Part shown: positions 1 to 9,473 of the stretch, in pieces
Numbering within the stretch: the first letter of the stretch is position 1
How the letters are laid out: each line of letters begins with the position of its first letter
Assembly: GCA_016839705.1 (NCBI GenBank)
Contig: JAEOTR010000041.1
Location: 50,251 to 114,250 of the forward strand
Direction of reading: 5' to 3'
DNA length: 64,000 nt
Source: Promethearchaeota archaeon
Lineage (GTDB): Archaea; Asgardarchaeota; Lokiarchaeia; Sigyniarchaeales; SOKP01
Translations under genes and position numbers: made by a program
The notes under the pieces: model-generated
What the model was told of the DNA's origin: nothing
What the model saw: the letters and a program-made list of their open reading frames with translations, nothing else
The model's database searches: none

Positions 1-729
1 AATCCCATAAACAAGGTTTACAGATGGTCCCGCTGCTTTACATAAACCTGTTTTTTTACTCACCTTTTCTAGCCCTAAAACTACAACTGCACCTGGTAAA
101 GCTAAAGAAGGTATTGGTATATTTAATAGTCCAGCAACTAGTGAAATAACAGTCAATAGCATACCGAATGTAAGAAGTCGAAATTTTGTCTGCAATTTAA
201 AACGTAAAGCTACTTGTCGATGACCGAATTCATGGAAAAGAAAAGCTGTCATGTAGATACCTGCTAGCATAAATGTTGTCCAACCATAACCTATGGCAAA
301 TAGAACTGGATCATAAAAGATCATAACTCCTATAACGAAAATCAAAACTGAGGCTATTACAAAATGTATTAACTCTGATAAATGTGGAAATAAGATTCCC
401 TTAAACTTTATCCCGGAATCGGGTTCAAAAGCATTTGCAGGAACGTGAGTTTCTTGACGAAACCATGTATAAGTCCCGTCTGTTGTCCCACGAGCTACAC
501 CCGGAGGTGATTGTTGATACTCCTGTACATGGTGAGTGGGTGAAATTTGAGTAGATTCAGTATAAGAACTCGTAGGAGGTTGCACTTGTGGAATATTCAG
601 AGCCTCCCTGACAATATTACATTCATGATCTATTGGATCTTTATGAAAAGAACAATAATCTTGACTACAATTGCTACAAAAAAAAGGTTCTCCCATAATT
701 TCATTTCCACAGTGAGCACATCTTACCAT
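1..729 (-). CDS. AN1-type zinc finger fused to site-2 protease (peptidase M50); runs off the left edge
   Basis: Not in the ORF track. Hand translation from ATG at 729: MVRCAHCGNEIMGEPFFCSNCSQDYCSFHKDPIDHEC (AN1 Cys/His pattern), then TM helices, HEFGH zinc motif and AAGPSVNL motif. Confidence 0.85.
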   Translation of the reverse strand, partial: MVRCAHCGNEIMGEPFFCSNCSQDYCSFHKDPIDHECNIVREALNIPQVQPPTSSYTESTQISPTHHVQEYQQSPPGVARGTTDGTYTWFRQETHVPANAFEPDSGIKFKGILFPHLSELIHFVIASVLIFVIGVMIFYDPVLFAIGYGWTTFMLAGIYMTAFLFHEFGHRQVALRFKLQTKFRLLTFGMLLTVISLVAGLLNIPIPSLALPGAVVVLGLEKVSKKTGLCKAAGPSVNLVYGI

Positions 730-922
730 TATTATAACCTAATATTATGAAATTTTTTTTGTGTTATTTTTTAATTAATTTATTATTAAATTCCAAATTT
801 AAAACTTTATTTAGATAGTTAGAGACACTTTTCTTCTGTGCTTATTAACCTTGTTTTTGCTAAATTTTATTAATGTAAAGTTTACTATTTTAGTAGAGTT
901 AAAGGATTTATAAGTGAGTGTG

Positions 923-1075
923 ATGAGTGAGGAAGAAGAACAAGATGAAAAATCTCTAGAAGAGGAACGACAAAAACTAGCTGAATTAGGTGTGGATAAC
1001 ACTTGGGGATTACTGACATCTGGTGAAAAAAAGAAAGAAGAACCGGAAAAGAAACCTTTTAGAGGTTTCAAATAA
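923..1075 (+). CDS. small charged hypothetical protein (50 aa)
   Basis: Below the ORF-track cutoff. MSEEEEQDEKSLEEERQKLAELGVDNTWGLLTSGEKKKEEPEKKPFRGFK; purine-rich coding-like composition, GTGAGTG just upstream. Confidence 0.6.
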   Translation: MSEEEEQDEKSLEEERQKLAELGVDNTWGLLTSGEKKKEEPEKKPFRGFK

Positions 1076-1166
1076 AAATATAAAACTTTCCTATTTTTAC
1101 AGAAACAGAATGTAATTATATTTCTAATTACTTAGTATAATTATTATAACTTATATAGAAGTCGGG

Positions 1167-1421
1167 TTGATACATACGAAAAAATCAAAAAGAACAGTGT
1201 ATTGCCCAACCTGTGAGTGTGAAGTTGTATTACGCAGAAAGAATTTTGAACACCAATATCATGAGTTACTTTGCTTTCTTGTAATCCTTACAATGGGTAT
1301 TGGATTTATTATTTATTATCTGTTAAAACATAGCAAAAAACCTAATACATGTCCTAATTGTGAAACTGAATTTGACTTGGAAACCCATAAAGAGATTATT
1401 ATTAAAGAAAGAGATTTTTAA
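1167..1421 (+). CDS. LITAF-like zinc-ribbon membrane protein
   Basis: CPTC - hydrophobic segment (LLCFLVILTMGIGFIIYYLL) - CPNC. Confidence 0.65.
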   Translation: MIHTKKSKRTVYCPTCECEVVLRRKNFEHQYHELLCFLVILTMGIGFIIYYLLKHSKKPNTCPNCETEFDLETHKEIIIKERDF

Positions 1422-1464
1422 ATTCACTACATGACGAAATTGGTAATAATTAGACAAAAGAACT

Positions 1465-1725
1465 CTATTTTATTTTCATTTCCTTTTTGCATCTTGGACA
1501 AATTTTATCATCTTCAGATAACTGCTTTTTCATAATTATCTTTTGATATTTGCATTTCGAATTAGGACATGTAAGAGTATATTTTGATAACTTAATATTT
1601 GATTTTTCAGGGACTTTAGCGTTATTAGTTTTACTCTCGATTTTTTTCTTTAGACTTGGAATTGGTGTCTTTCCTTTTGGCTTTAATTCTTCATCCTCTG
1701 GTTTAAGCCACTTGTCTAATCCCAC
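1465..1725 (-). CDS. small basic protein with C-terminal zinc ribbon
   Basis: CPNSKC...CPRC; GTG start preceded by AGTGAG. Confidence 0.65.
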   Translation of the reverse strand: MGLDKWLKPEDEELKPKGKTPIPSLKKKIESKTNNAKVPEKSNIKLSKYTLTCPNSKCKYQKIIMKKQLSEDDKICPRCKKEMKIK

Positions 1726-1835
1726 TTGATACTCACTTTAAAAATGCTCTCTATCAGTAATAAGGAAAAATAGAGCTTTAATATATTTTATAAAAAAGAG
1801 AAAAAAATAAAAATTTGTTTATCAAAATTTTCGAA

Positions 1836-3080
1836 TTAGAAGACTTGTACCTTTCCTGCTATTAAACGTCTTCTTAAGTCAAGAAAACTATCCTTGCTCA
1901 TTTTTTCCTCAAAAACTTCATTCGCAATCTTTCTTACCGACTCAAAATTAACATTTTCCGCTTCGATTAATTCTATACTCGCGATCCAAGGATCCGTAAT
2001 AGGCCTTCCTATCTGAGAGAGCAATTTTACATGAGCTTCTGCTATGTCACCTTGACCTAGTTGAAAAATTTCTCTTGCGATTTCCGTACTCAATACATTA
2101 TAAAGTTTTCCCACATGATTAACTGGGTTTTTTCCACAAACCGCTTCTAAACTCATAGTTCGGCAAGGAGTAATAAGGCCATTAGACCTATTGCCACGTC
2201 CTACTTCTCCATCATCTCCTGCTTCTGCTGAAGTGCCCGTAATTGTAAGATACATGATTCCTTTCTCAATATTATCTGCGACATTAACCTGACAAGTAAC
2301 ATCGCGTTCTGGAATGATATCTGAAGCTAAATCTAAAACAGCGTCTTTAATTTGATTTGTGTAACTCATATATTCACTTGCGTCTTCTATATATTTACTT
2401 ACCATTGCTGCTGCTACGGTTATCCCAACTTCATCTCCAATTCTCTCCACCATTATTTTAATATCCTCACCAGAACCTTTGCACTTCTTTTTGAATTTAT
2501 TTGAATTAATCATCCTTTCAGCTTCTAAAGCAATTTTTTCAACATCAGAATATGGGGCATAGCCCACTCCGAAACTAGTATCATTAGCAAGTGGAATATC
2601 CTCAGTATGATGTGATTCATCAAAAACTCCGGTTAAATCTATCGACCCGGGTCTAACCGCATAATCAAACTGAATATCTCGGTTTAAATCAAGGTTTCTA
2701 AATATTTCAGATAGTACTTTACGTTGTGTTTCAATACAGATAGTTGCGACAGGAATATAATCGAGTTTATTAGACCCATCAGAACATTCTGTAAGAATTT
2801 GGTGTATTGCCCTTCCAACAATCAAGAAATATTGTGGTTGGATGATTAAGCCTCCACCAAATTCTGGTTTTGCAGTTCCTCCAACAAGAGCCGCTTTATC
2901 AACATTATGGTGGTACACACGATCGTAATTTTCAAGATAATAAGCACACAAGGCTCTTGAGCAGGCATCAGCAACTGCATCGCAAACCGTATCAGGATGT
3001 CCAATACCTTTCCTTTCAACAAGCTCCGGAAATTCGCTTTTTTCTATTGGTAAAAAACCGGCTTTCGTTACCTTTAACAC
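1836..3080 (-). CDS. mat: archaeal S-adenosylmethionine synthetase
   Basis: [46 protein letters not shown] motifs. Confidence 0.95.
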   Translation of the reverse strand: MLKVTKAGFLPIEKSEFPELVERKGIGHPDTVCDAVADACSRALCAYYLENYDRVYHHNVDKAALVGGTAKPEFGGGLIIQPQYFLIVGRAIHQILTECSDGSNKLDYIPVATICIETQRKVLSEIFRNLDLNRDIQFDYAVRPGSIDLTGVFDESHHTEDIPLANDTSFGVGYAPYSDVEKIALEAERMINSNKFKKKCKGSGEDIKIMVERIGDEVGITVAAAMVSKYIEDASEYMSYTNQIKDAVLDLASDIIPERDVTCQVNVADNIEKGIMYLTITGTSAEAGDDGEVGRGNRSNGLITPCRTMSLEAVCGKNPVNHVGKLYNVLSTEIAREIFQLGQGDIAEAHVKLLSQIGRPITDPWIASIELIEAENVNFESVRKIANEVFEEKMSKDSFLDLRRRLIAGKVQVF

Positions 3081-3294
3081 AAAATATCAACTTTTACTTA
3101 GTTCGTTTTTTAAAATTATTTATTAAAAAGGTCCTTATTGTAAATATTTTATCTTTATTAAATGAAAAATGCTGTTATTGCATTTTATATAACTGCTAAA
3201 TATTGCATGATTTATATATTTTGTAACTATAATATGCATAATTGATATATTTTTTATAATTATAAAACTAAGAAAGATTTTTGAGTCAAATAGA

Positions 3295-3867
3295 ATGCAG
3301 AAATTTCCATCTTTAAGCGAAATAAAACCTTTAAGGAAAAAATTAAATATAAGCCAAAAAGAACTTGCTTTTGAAATGAAATTAACTCAGTCCACTATCT
3401 CAAGAATTGAAAGTGGTACAGTTGATCCTCCATATTCTAAAGTTAAAAACATATTTGAATATTTAGAGAGTGAACGCATAGCTCGTAAGAAATCAAAAAA
3501 GCAAGCTAAAGATATAATGACTCGTACAATCATTTCTATCAAGCCTAATTCATCAATAAGAGATGCTGTAGAATTAATGAATCAACATGGATATTCTCAA
3601 CTCCCCTTATTAGAGCAAAATGATAATTTTGGAAGCATTACATCGAAAAAAATTCAGAAATATATAACTGACAACCCTGAGATTCTTGGCGCTGATGTGT
3701 CCCTTATAAAAGAATTACCATTTCCTGAAGTTGATGAGAATTGGAATGTAAAGGATATTTCAGATTTACTTGTGAAATATTCCGCTGTATTGGTAAAAAA
3801 TGAAACACATAATATTGTTGGAATAATTACAGATGCTGATTTTCTCAAACTTTCTGGTAACTTTTAA
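3295..3867 (+). CDS. XRE-HTH plus tandem CBS domain transcription regulator
   Basis: RKKLNISQKELA...QSTISRIESG HTH; CBS motifs YSQLP and VGIITDADF. Confidence 0.9.
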   Translation: MQKFPSLSEIKPLRKKLNISQKELAFEMKLTQSTISRIESGTVDPPYSKVKNIFEYLESERIARKKSKKQAKDIMTRTIISIKPNSSIRDAVELMNQHGYSQLPLLEQNDNFGSITSKKIQKYITDNPEILGADVSLIKELPFPEVDENWNVKDISDLLVKYSAVLVKNETHNIVGIITDADFLKLSGNF

Positions 3868-3982
3868 TACATCACATGAAACCGTGCGAAAGATACGAAA
3901 ATAGAATTGATTTAAAAATATAATACAACATTAACAACATAAAAAAAATTTATTTATAACTTACCATTTAAGTAAACGGGAA

Positions 3983-4987
3983 TTGATGACTAGCACTGTA
4001 ATTGAAAAAGTTAACAACTTGTTAAAAAAGGCTAATTTTGAAACCTTTGTTTTAGGAAATTTTGCCACAAAGACGAGTAAATTTTGTTTTGATTTATTAG
4101 GAAAAAAGGATGATGTAGTGTTTAGTGTTAAAGTTTTTTCTAACATAGATAACATAAATCCCGAAGTAATTCAAGATATCAAATCACTTTCTCTGATATT
4201 AAAGTCTAAACCATTATTGATAGGATTGAAGAACCGATATCAAAAATTAGAAGATAATACAATATACGTAAGAGATGGATTACCTTTCATAACCGTTAAC
4301 ACGTTCGAGAATATTCTAAATAACAATATCTTTCCATATGTTTTAGCTCGGAGAGGTGGCGGCGTAATATTTCTGAATGGATTTTTGATGAAAAAAATAA
4401 GAGAAGAACATTCAATAACAAGAAAAGAGTTATCAGAACAATTAGGAGTAGCTAAGAGAACTATTAGTGCCTATGAAAATGAAAGTATGCGTCCATCGGA
4501 GGAAATGGCAGAAAAAATTCTAAGCATCTTAGAAAATAATGAAATTTTCAAAAAAATAAACATTTTCAAATGGAAAATTAAATACGACATGGATGCCCAA
4601 GAAATTTCTGAAGAAAAAGAGTTAAGTGAATTTGAATCGCATATAAAAACAATTATTGATGATATAGGATTATCGTCTTATTGGTATAAAAAAGCTACAG
4701 TTCCGTTCAAATTATCATTATTTTCCTCACTTAATCAAACAAAGAATGATGGTTTTTATCCTCTCTTTTCTAACATCTCTGAAGATCAGAATAATGTTAA
4801 TGAGATGAATTTTAACAGTTTGAAAATGTTCAATGATTTATTTCATAAAACAGCGTTATATATTATCGATAATAATGTAAGAATACCCGGAGCTACTAAA
4901 AGAAAAGATATCCATGTTGTAAAAATAAAAAATCTGGAAGAAGTTAATGATGAAGAAGAATTCATCGATCTCATTCAAGATTCATAA
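3983..4987 (+). CDS. archaeal HTH transcription regulator (COG1395-like)
   Basis: CFDLLGKK...VKVFSNID N-terminal domain, ARRGG, central HTH (ITRKELSEQLGVAKRTISAYEN). Confidence 0.85.
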   Translation: MMTSTVIEKVNNLLKKANFETFVLGNFATKTSKFCFDLLGKKDDVVFSVKVFSNIDNINPEVIQDIKSLSLILKSKPLLIGLKNRYQKLEDNTIYVRDGLPFITVNTFENILNNNIFPYVLARRGGGVIFLNGFLMKKIREEHSITRKELSEQLGVAKRTISAYENESMRPSEEMAEKILSILENNEIFKKINIFKWKIKYDMDAQEISEEKELSEFESHIKTIIDDIGLSSYWYKKATVPFKLSLFSSLNQTKNDGFYPLFSNISEDQNNVNEMNFNSLKMFNDLFHKTALYIIDNNVRIPGATKRKDIHVVKIKNLEEVNDEEEFIDLIQDS

Positions 4988-5000
4988 GGAGAAATAAAAT

Positions 5001-5690
5001 TTGATCTGCGGTATTGACGAGGCTGGTAGAATATAATCTATCTCGGATTATATACCAAAAGGCCCCGTAATTGGTCCTCTTGTGTTATGTGGAGTTTGCT
5101 ATAAAGAATCCAATTTATCCTATTTAGAGCGGATTGGCGTAAAAGACTCTAAAAAATTAACTGCCAAAAGGAGGAGAATTTTAGCTAAATTAATAAAGGA
5201 ATCGTGCCATTCATTTAAAATAATTGTCGTTCCTCCCCGAGAAATTGATGAAAGGGAAGAAAAAAGAATTACTCTGAATAAACTCGAGGAATTAAAAATG
5301 GCTGAAATTATTAGAGAATTAAAACCTGATACTATCTATATTGACGCAGTTGATGTAAATGAAGAAAGATTTACCCAATCAATCCTAGACCTCTTAAATT
5401 ATAGCCCAAAAGAAATTATTTCAAAACATAAAGCTGATGACCTATTCCCTATTGTATCTGCGGCTTCAATTATAGCAAAAGATAAAAGAGATGCATTAAT
5501 TGAGGAATTAAAGGAAAAATATGGAGATTTCGGCTCTGGATATCCCTCAGATTTAAGAACCACAGATTTTCTTCGGGAATATATAAAGAAAAAACAAAAA
5601 ATACCCCCCTACGCGAGAAAAACATGGGATACAATAAAGAAAATAGTGGATGAAGAATTAGGAAACAAAAAAATAACCGATTTTTTCTAA
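5001..5690 (+). CDS. rnhB: ribonuclease HII, two exons (5001-5029 and 5060-5690), 219 aa after splicing
   Basis: AAGGAGA SD, then TTG ATC TGC GGT ATT GAC GAG GCT GGT AGA (MICGIDEAGR), a 30-nt insert, then GGC CCC GTA ATT GGT CCT (GPVIGP). Downstream KDSKKL, SAASIIAK, GSGYPSD and C-terminal PIP-like KKITDFF. Confidence 0.93.
5030..5059 (+). other. 30-nt bulge-helix-bulge intron in rnhB mRNA
   Basis: Central helix TGGT(5024-27)/ACCA(5054-57), bulges AGA and AAA, inner stem ATATAATC/GATTATAT. Cutting after the 2nd nt of each bulge restores AGA GGC. In-frame TAA at 5034-36. Confidence 0.88.
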
Positions 5691-5692
5691 GT

Positions 5693-6385
5693 TTATCGTT
5701 TTTTCACTAATAAAACAATATGATTTGCTGCGTATTTATGAATGTTAATGCTTTCAATAATTTTATATCCCCTGTTTTCAAGAATTTTCTTTTCTTGGGC
5801 ATAGATATATTCAGATTTTTGGACACTATCAATAGATTGAGATTTGACTGCTAAAACTAATAATCCTTTCTCGTTTAGATAATAATTACTATTATCTATA
5901 GCTATTTCTGCTTGGTTAGGTTGAGAAACATCCTGATAAATTAAATCTATTTTTGAAAATATTGATTTTGCATATTCATCTGGATATCGAGCATCAGCAA
6001 AAATGGGAATAACATTTTTCCTTCGAGAGGTATTTTGTATTAACTGCCGAATGCTTCTTTCTGCAAATTCAACACCATAAATTATACCGTTCGTCAGTAT
6101 ATCAGAAAGATGAGAAATAGTAGTGCCAGAAGAAGCTCCTAAATATAAACAGCTTAAATCGTCGGATAGAAAATTATTAATTGGATTTTCCAATATTAGA
6201 GCTGCCAGTTTACTCCGAAATGGGTCCCATTCCCTATATTCATTTTCTTTATATTCGAGCAACCGTTCTCCATAAACTCTATTTCCTTTATCTCTGTTTC
6301 TTGTATAAAGTCTCAATTTTTCTTTGGATCCAGATGTGAAAACATTGCAAAATTTAGGATGATTTTTTATTTCAATTTGTGACAT
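5693..6385 (-). CDS. flpA: fibrillarin-like rRNA 2'-O-methyltransferase
   Basis: VYGERL, EYREWDPFRSKLAA, LYLGASSGTTISH, YQDVSQPNQ. Confidence 0.96.
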   Translation of the reverse strand: MSQIEIKNHPKFCNVFTSGSKEKLRLYTRNRDKGNRVYGERLLEYKENEYREWDPFRSKLAALILENPINNFLSDDLSCLYLGASSGTTISHLSDILTNGIIYGVEFAERSIRQLIQNTSRRKNVIPIFADARYPDEYAKSIFSKIDLIYQDVSQPNQAEIAIDNSNYYLNEKGLLVLAVKSQSIDSVQKSEYIYAQEKKILENRGYKIIESINIHKYAANHIVLLVKKR

Positions 6386-6396
6386 GCTTTATCACC

Positions 6397-7599
6397 TTAT
6401 CTTCTCTTTTTTGGCTTCTTTTTCTTTCCTTTAACAGGCTCTTCCTTTTTAGGTGGATTTGGATATTTAATTTCGATTTCGTTTATTTTAGATTCAATTT
6501 CTTTTGCTAGCTTATCTCCTATGAATTCACCGTTAAAATAATCGAGTTTAGCAGCAACTCCAATTTTCCCTGCGACTATTCGAGCAATTTTTCCACGATG
6601 ATATGATTTTGCTGACCTTATTTGATTCCATTGGAATATTAAACCATGTTTTGGGCGTTTCTCTCCCGTTTTGAGAAAACGATAAAGAGCTTTTTCAGCC
6701 CCTAACAATTGTATTCTTGATGCTGGCATAAAAGCCAGTTTTTTCATACTACCTGCTTTGGCGATAAGTTTAGCTCCGATTAATGCTCCGATAATAGCAT
6801 TTATGTTGGGGGCAATCTTTTCCATTATATCTGCTAGATTAATTTCTAAATCTTGTCTATACGAGTCTATAGAGATTATTTGATTTGCATAATCTTTAAC
6901 CATTCCTAAATCAAAATCCGCTCCCATTGAATCTGAAGCAAATTTCTGCAAAATTCGAATTTTTTTCTCTCCAAGTTCAAAATGTTTTATTAGATTTTCG
7001 TAAGTATATCTCTCCCTTGCTCCTAAAGTAGAAACCATTTTTGCTAAAAGAATGTTATCTTCAATAATCTTATCGGTTAATTCTGGAAAATATAAACCAT
7101 ACCATTCTCTGAGTTGACTTGAAAATAAACTTATAGATTTTTTAAGTATATCTAGAGTACCAATGATCTGAATAATTAAATTATCAGAATGACCACTTTC
7201 TTCTCTTACTTTTTTCTTGGTTAATTCCTCGTTGATTATTTTATATTGTGCGAGAATTTCATCTTTCCTTTTAATTATTCCTATGTTTTTTAATTGAGTT
7301 TCTAAATTGAGACGAAAATTTTTAAGTTCAAGTGAATCACTTTCTAAAAGTATACCATATCCTAATTGTTTTGTTAGTGTATGTAATTGTTTATTATCAA
7401 ATACAAACTCTTCAAATCCAGAATTCTTCAATTCAGATAAAAACTCTTTGTATTTACTCTGAATGATACCTTTATCAATATCAATATAGAATTGAATAAT
7501 TTTCTGGGTATCATTTTCAAAATCAATAAAATTCAAAATGGTTCCAGTTTCATCAAAAGCGAAAATCCCAACTAAAGTATCTGCTATATATGACTTCAT
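6397..7599 (-). CDS. nop5: C/D box snoRNP protein Nop5 (Nop56/58)
   Basis: LREWYGLYFPEL, PASRIQLLGAEKAL, PKHGLIF, RGKIAR, Lys-rich tail. Confidence 0.95.
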   Translation of the reverse strand: MKSYIADTLVGIFAFDETGTILNFIDFENDTQKIIQFYIDIDKGIIQSKYKEFLSELKNSGFEEFVFDNKQLHTLTKQLGYGILLESDSLELKNFRLNLETQLKNIGIIKRKDEILAQYKIINEELTKKKVREESGHSDNLIIQIIGTLDILKKSISLFSSQLREWYGLYFPELTDKIIEDNILLAKMVSTLGARERYTYENLIKHFELGEKKIRILQKFASDSMGADFDLGMVKDYANQIISIDSYRQDLEINLADIMEKIAPNINAIIGALIGAKLIAKAGSMKKLAFMPASRIQLLGAEKALYRFLKTGEKRPKHGLIFQWNQIRSAKSYHRGKIARIVAGKIGVAAKLDYFNGEFIGDKLAKEIESKINEIEIKYPNPPKKEEPVKGKKKKPKKRR

Positions 7600-7674
7600 T
7601 TTTATGAGAAAAACAGAGATATTTTTTCGTCATTAATAATTATTATAAAATTATAATCATTATTTTCTTAAAAA

Positions 7675-8601
7675 ATGCTTGAAATAAATCTCTCTGGGTT
7701 AAAGCTAAAATCTCCTCTTATTTTAGCTTCTGGAATTCTAGGTGTATCCTATTCTTCAATGAAGAGAATATTCAATGCCGGGGCTGGGGCAGTAACTTCT
7801 AAATCGATTGGACCTAGAGCAAGAAAAGGTTATAAAAACCCTTCTATCTTAGAGATTTATCCCGGTACTTTTATAAATGCTGTTGGTCTTGGAAATCCTG
7901 GAATTGATAATTTCTTATCTGAAATTAAAGAAATAAAAGAAAATAAAATCCCCCTTATAGTTAGTGTGTTTGGAGATACAAACCAATCATATTTAAATGT
8001 TGCTACTAAAGCAGAACAGGCAGGTGCCGATGCTATTGAGATTAATATATCTTGTCCACACGCAGAGGTATCATCGATAGGAATAGACAAAGATCTAACT
8101 TATTCCCTAGTTAAAACTCTAAAAGAAAAATTAGAAGTCCCGCTTTTTGTTAAGTTAAACCCTAACGTTACAAGTATAGGGGAAATAGCTTTAGCAGCGG
8201 AAAAGGGTGGTGCTGATGGAGTCGTTGCGATAAATACTCTAAGTGCTATGGTAATTGATATAAACACTAAAAGACCAATATTAGCTCATGGAAGTGGGGG
8301 TCTATCTGGAAGGGCGATTCATCCAATTGCCATTAAAAAAGTATATGATCTTTATCAATTATTAAAAATTCCAATTATTGGATGCGGAGGCATCTCTACT
8401 TGGAAAGAAGTAGTCGAATTTATATTGGCGGGTGCTTCTGCTGTTCAAATTGGGACTGCACTTTATAGGGGTGTCGAGATCATTACTGAAATTAATAATT
8501 CCTTACTCAATTTTCTAAAGATTAACGGATATAAATCTATATCTGAATTAATTGGATTATCACATGAATTTAAAACTCAGGAGGTACCTGATTTTGACTG
8601 A
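7675..8601 (+). CDS. pyrD: dihydroorotate dehydrogenase family 1B, catalytic subunit
   Basis: LASG, NAVGLGNPG, EINISCPH, VKLNPN, GGLSG. Confidence 0.93.
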   Translation: MLEINLSGLKLKSPLILASGILGVSYSSMKRIFNAGAGAVTSKSIGPRARKGYKNPSILEIYPGTFINAVGLGNPGIDNFLSEIKEIKENKIPLIVSVFGDTNQSYLNVATKAEQAGADAIEINISCPHAEVSSIGIDKDLTYSLVKTLKEKLEVPLFVKLNPNVTSIGEIALAAEKGGADGVVAINTLSAMVIDINTKRPILAHGSGGLSGRAIHPIAIKKVYDLYQLLKIPIIGCGGISTWKEVVEFILAGASAVQIGTALYRGVEIITEINNSLLNFLKINGYKSISELIGLSHEFKTQEVPDFD

Positions 8602-9442
8602 AAACATAATAAGAACAGTCATTATAACAAAATCAACAGATGAATGTAAAGACATTAAAACATTATCATTCAATATGAAAGAGGAGAACACAAACTACAT
8701 TCCACCAAAACCTGGGCAATTTGTTATGATTTGGGTTCCTGGTGTTGATGAAATCCCTATGTCTATATCTGATTGTGATATAAATGGAAATTGGAGTATT
8801 ACAGTAAAAAATATTGGTGAATGTACCAATGCGATTTATAACCTAAAAGAGGGTGATTTTATTGGCGTCAGAGGACCTTTAGGTAATTGGTTTGAACTTC
8901 CGGAAGAAAAATCTAAAAACATATTTTTAATCGGGGGAGGAATAGGTATGGCTCCTCTTCGTTTTCTTACCCAAGAGTTGTATAAACATAAATTTTCCTT
9001 TATTCTAATTCAAGGTGCAAAAATCAAAAGCGAATTAATGTTTACAACTCAATTTCAAATGTTAGACAAGAATTCTACCGATATTTTTTATTGTACTGAA
9101 GATGGGAGTTATGGAACCGAAGGCATTGTAACTCTAGCTTTTGAAAGAATTTTGGAAACTTACTCAAAAAGGCTACATTCAAATGCAATAACTTATACTT
9201 GTGGTCCTGAAAAAATGATATATTCTATCTACGAAATATGTGAGAAATGGAATATAGAACTTCATGCTAGTCTGGAGCGAATAATGAGATGTGGGTGTGG
9301 GCTGTGTGGATTGTGTGCAATCGATCCTTTAGGTTTATTAGTTTGTAAAGACGGACCTGTATTTAAGACTGAATCCTTAAAGAAGATGGAAGATTTTGGA
9401 AAATATAAAAGAGATTTTACCGGTAGGAAAGTAAAATTGTAA
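8594..9442 (+). CDS. pyrK: dihydroorotate dehydrogenase electron transfer subunit
   Basis: PGQFVMIW, RGPLG, GGGIGMAP, CGPEKM, MRCGCGLCGLC...CKDGPVF. Start placed at TTG 8594 after GGAGG. Confidence 0.92.
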   Translation: MTENIIRTVIITKSTDECKDIKTLSFNMKEENTNYIPPKPGQFVMIWVPGVDEIPMSISDCDINGNWSITVKNIGECTNAIYNLKEGDFIGVRGPLGNWFELPEEKSKNIFLIGGGIGMAPLRFLTQELYKHKFSFILIQGAKIKSELMFTTQFQMLDKNSTDIFYCTEDGSYGTEGIVTLAFERILETYSKRLHSNAITYTCGPEKMIYSIYEICEKWNIELHASLERIMRCGCGLCGLCAIDPLGLLVCKDGPVFKTESLKKMEDFGKYKRDFTGRKVKL

Positions 9443-9473
9443 AAACCTAATTATTTTTTGAATATCACTTGAC

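Noticed and set aside
547-750. Plus-strand 67-aa ORF
   Set aside because: Antisense shadow of the AN1-M50 gene.
811-1071. Minus-strand 86-aa Ser/Phe-rich ORF
   Set aside because: Antisense shadow of the 923-1075 small ORF.
2760-2810. About 10-aa insertion in mat with a small ATTCT/AGAAT hairpin as a possible in-frame intron
   Set aside because: No BHB helix or bulges could be built; it reads as an ordinary loop insertion.
5031-5060. Stop-codon readthrough or recoding to explain the rnhB insert
   Set aside because: The stop is TAA, used as a normal stop throughout the window, and readthrough would leave 10 residues inside the active-site motif; the BHB geometry gives an exact restoration instead.
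5082-5690. RNase HII starting at GTG 5082 as in the ORF track
   Set aside because: It lacks the catalytic DEAGRGP motif, which is encoded upstream across the 30-nt insert.
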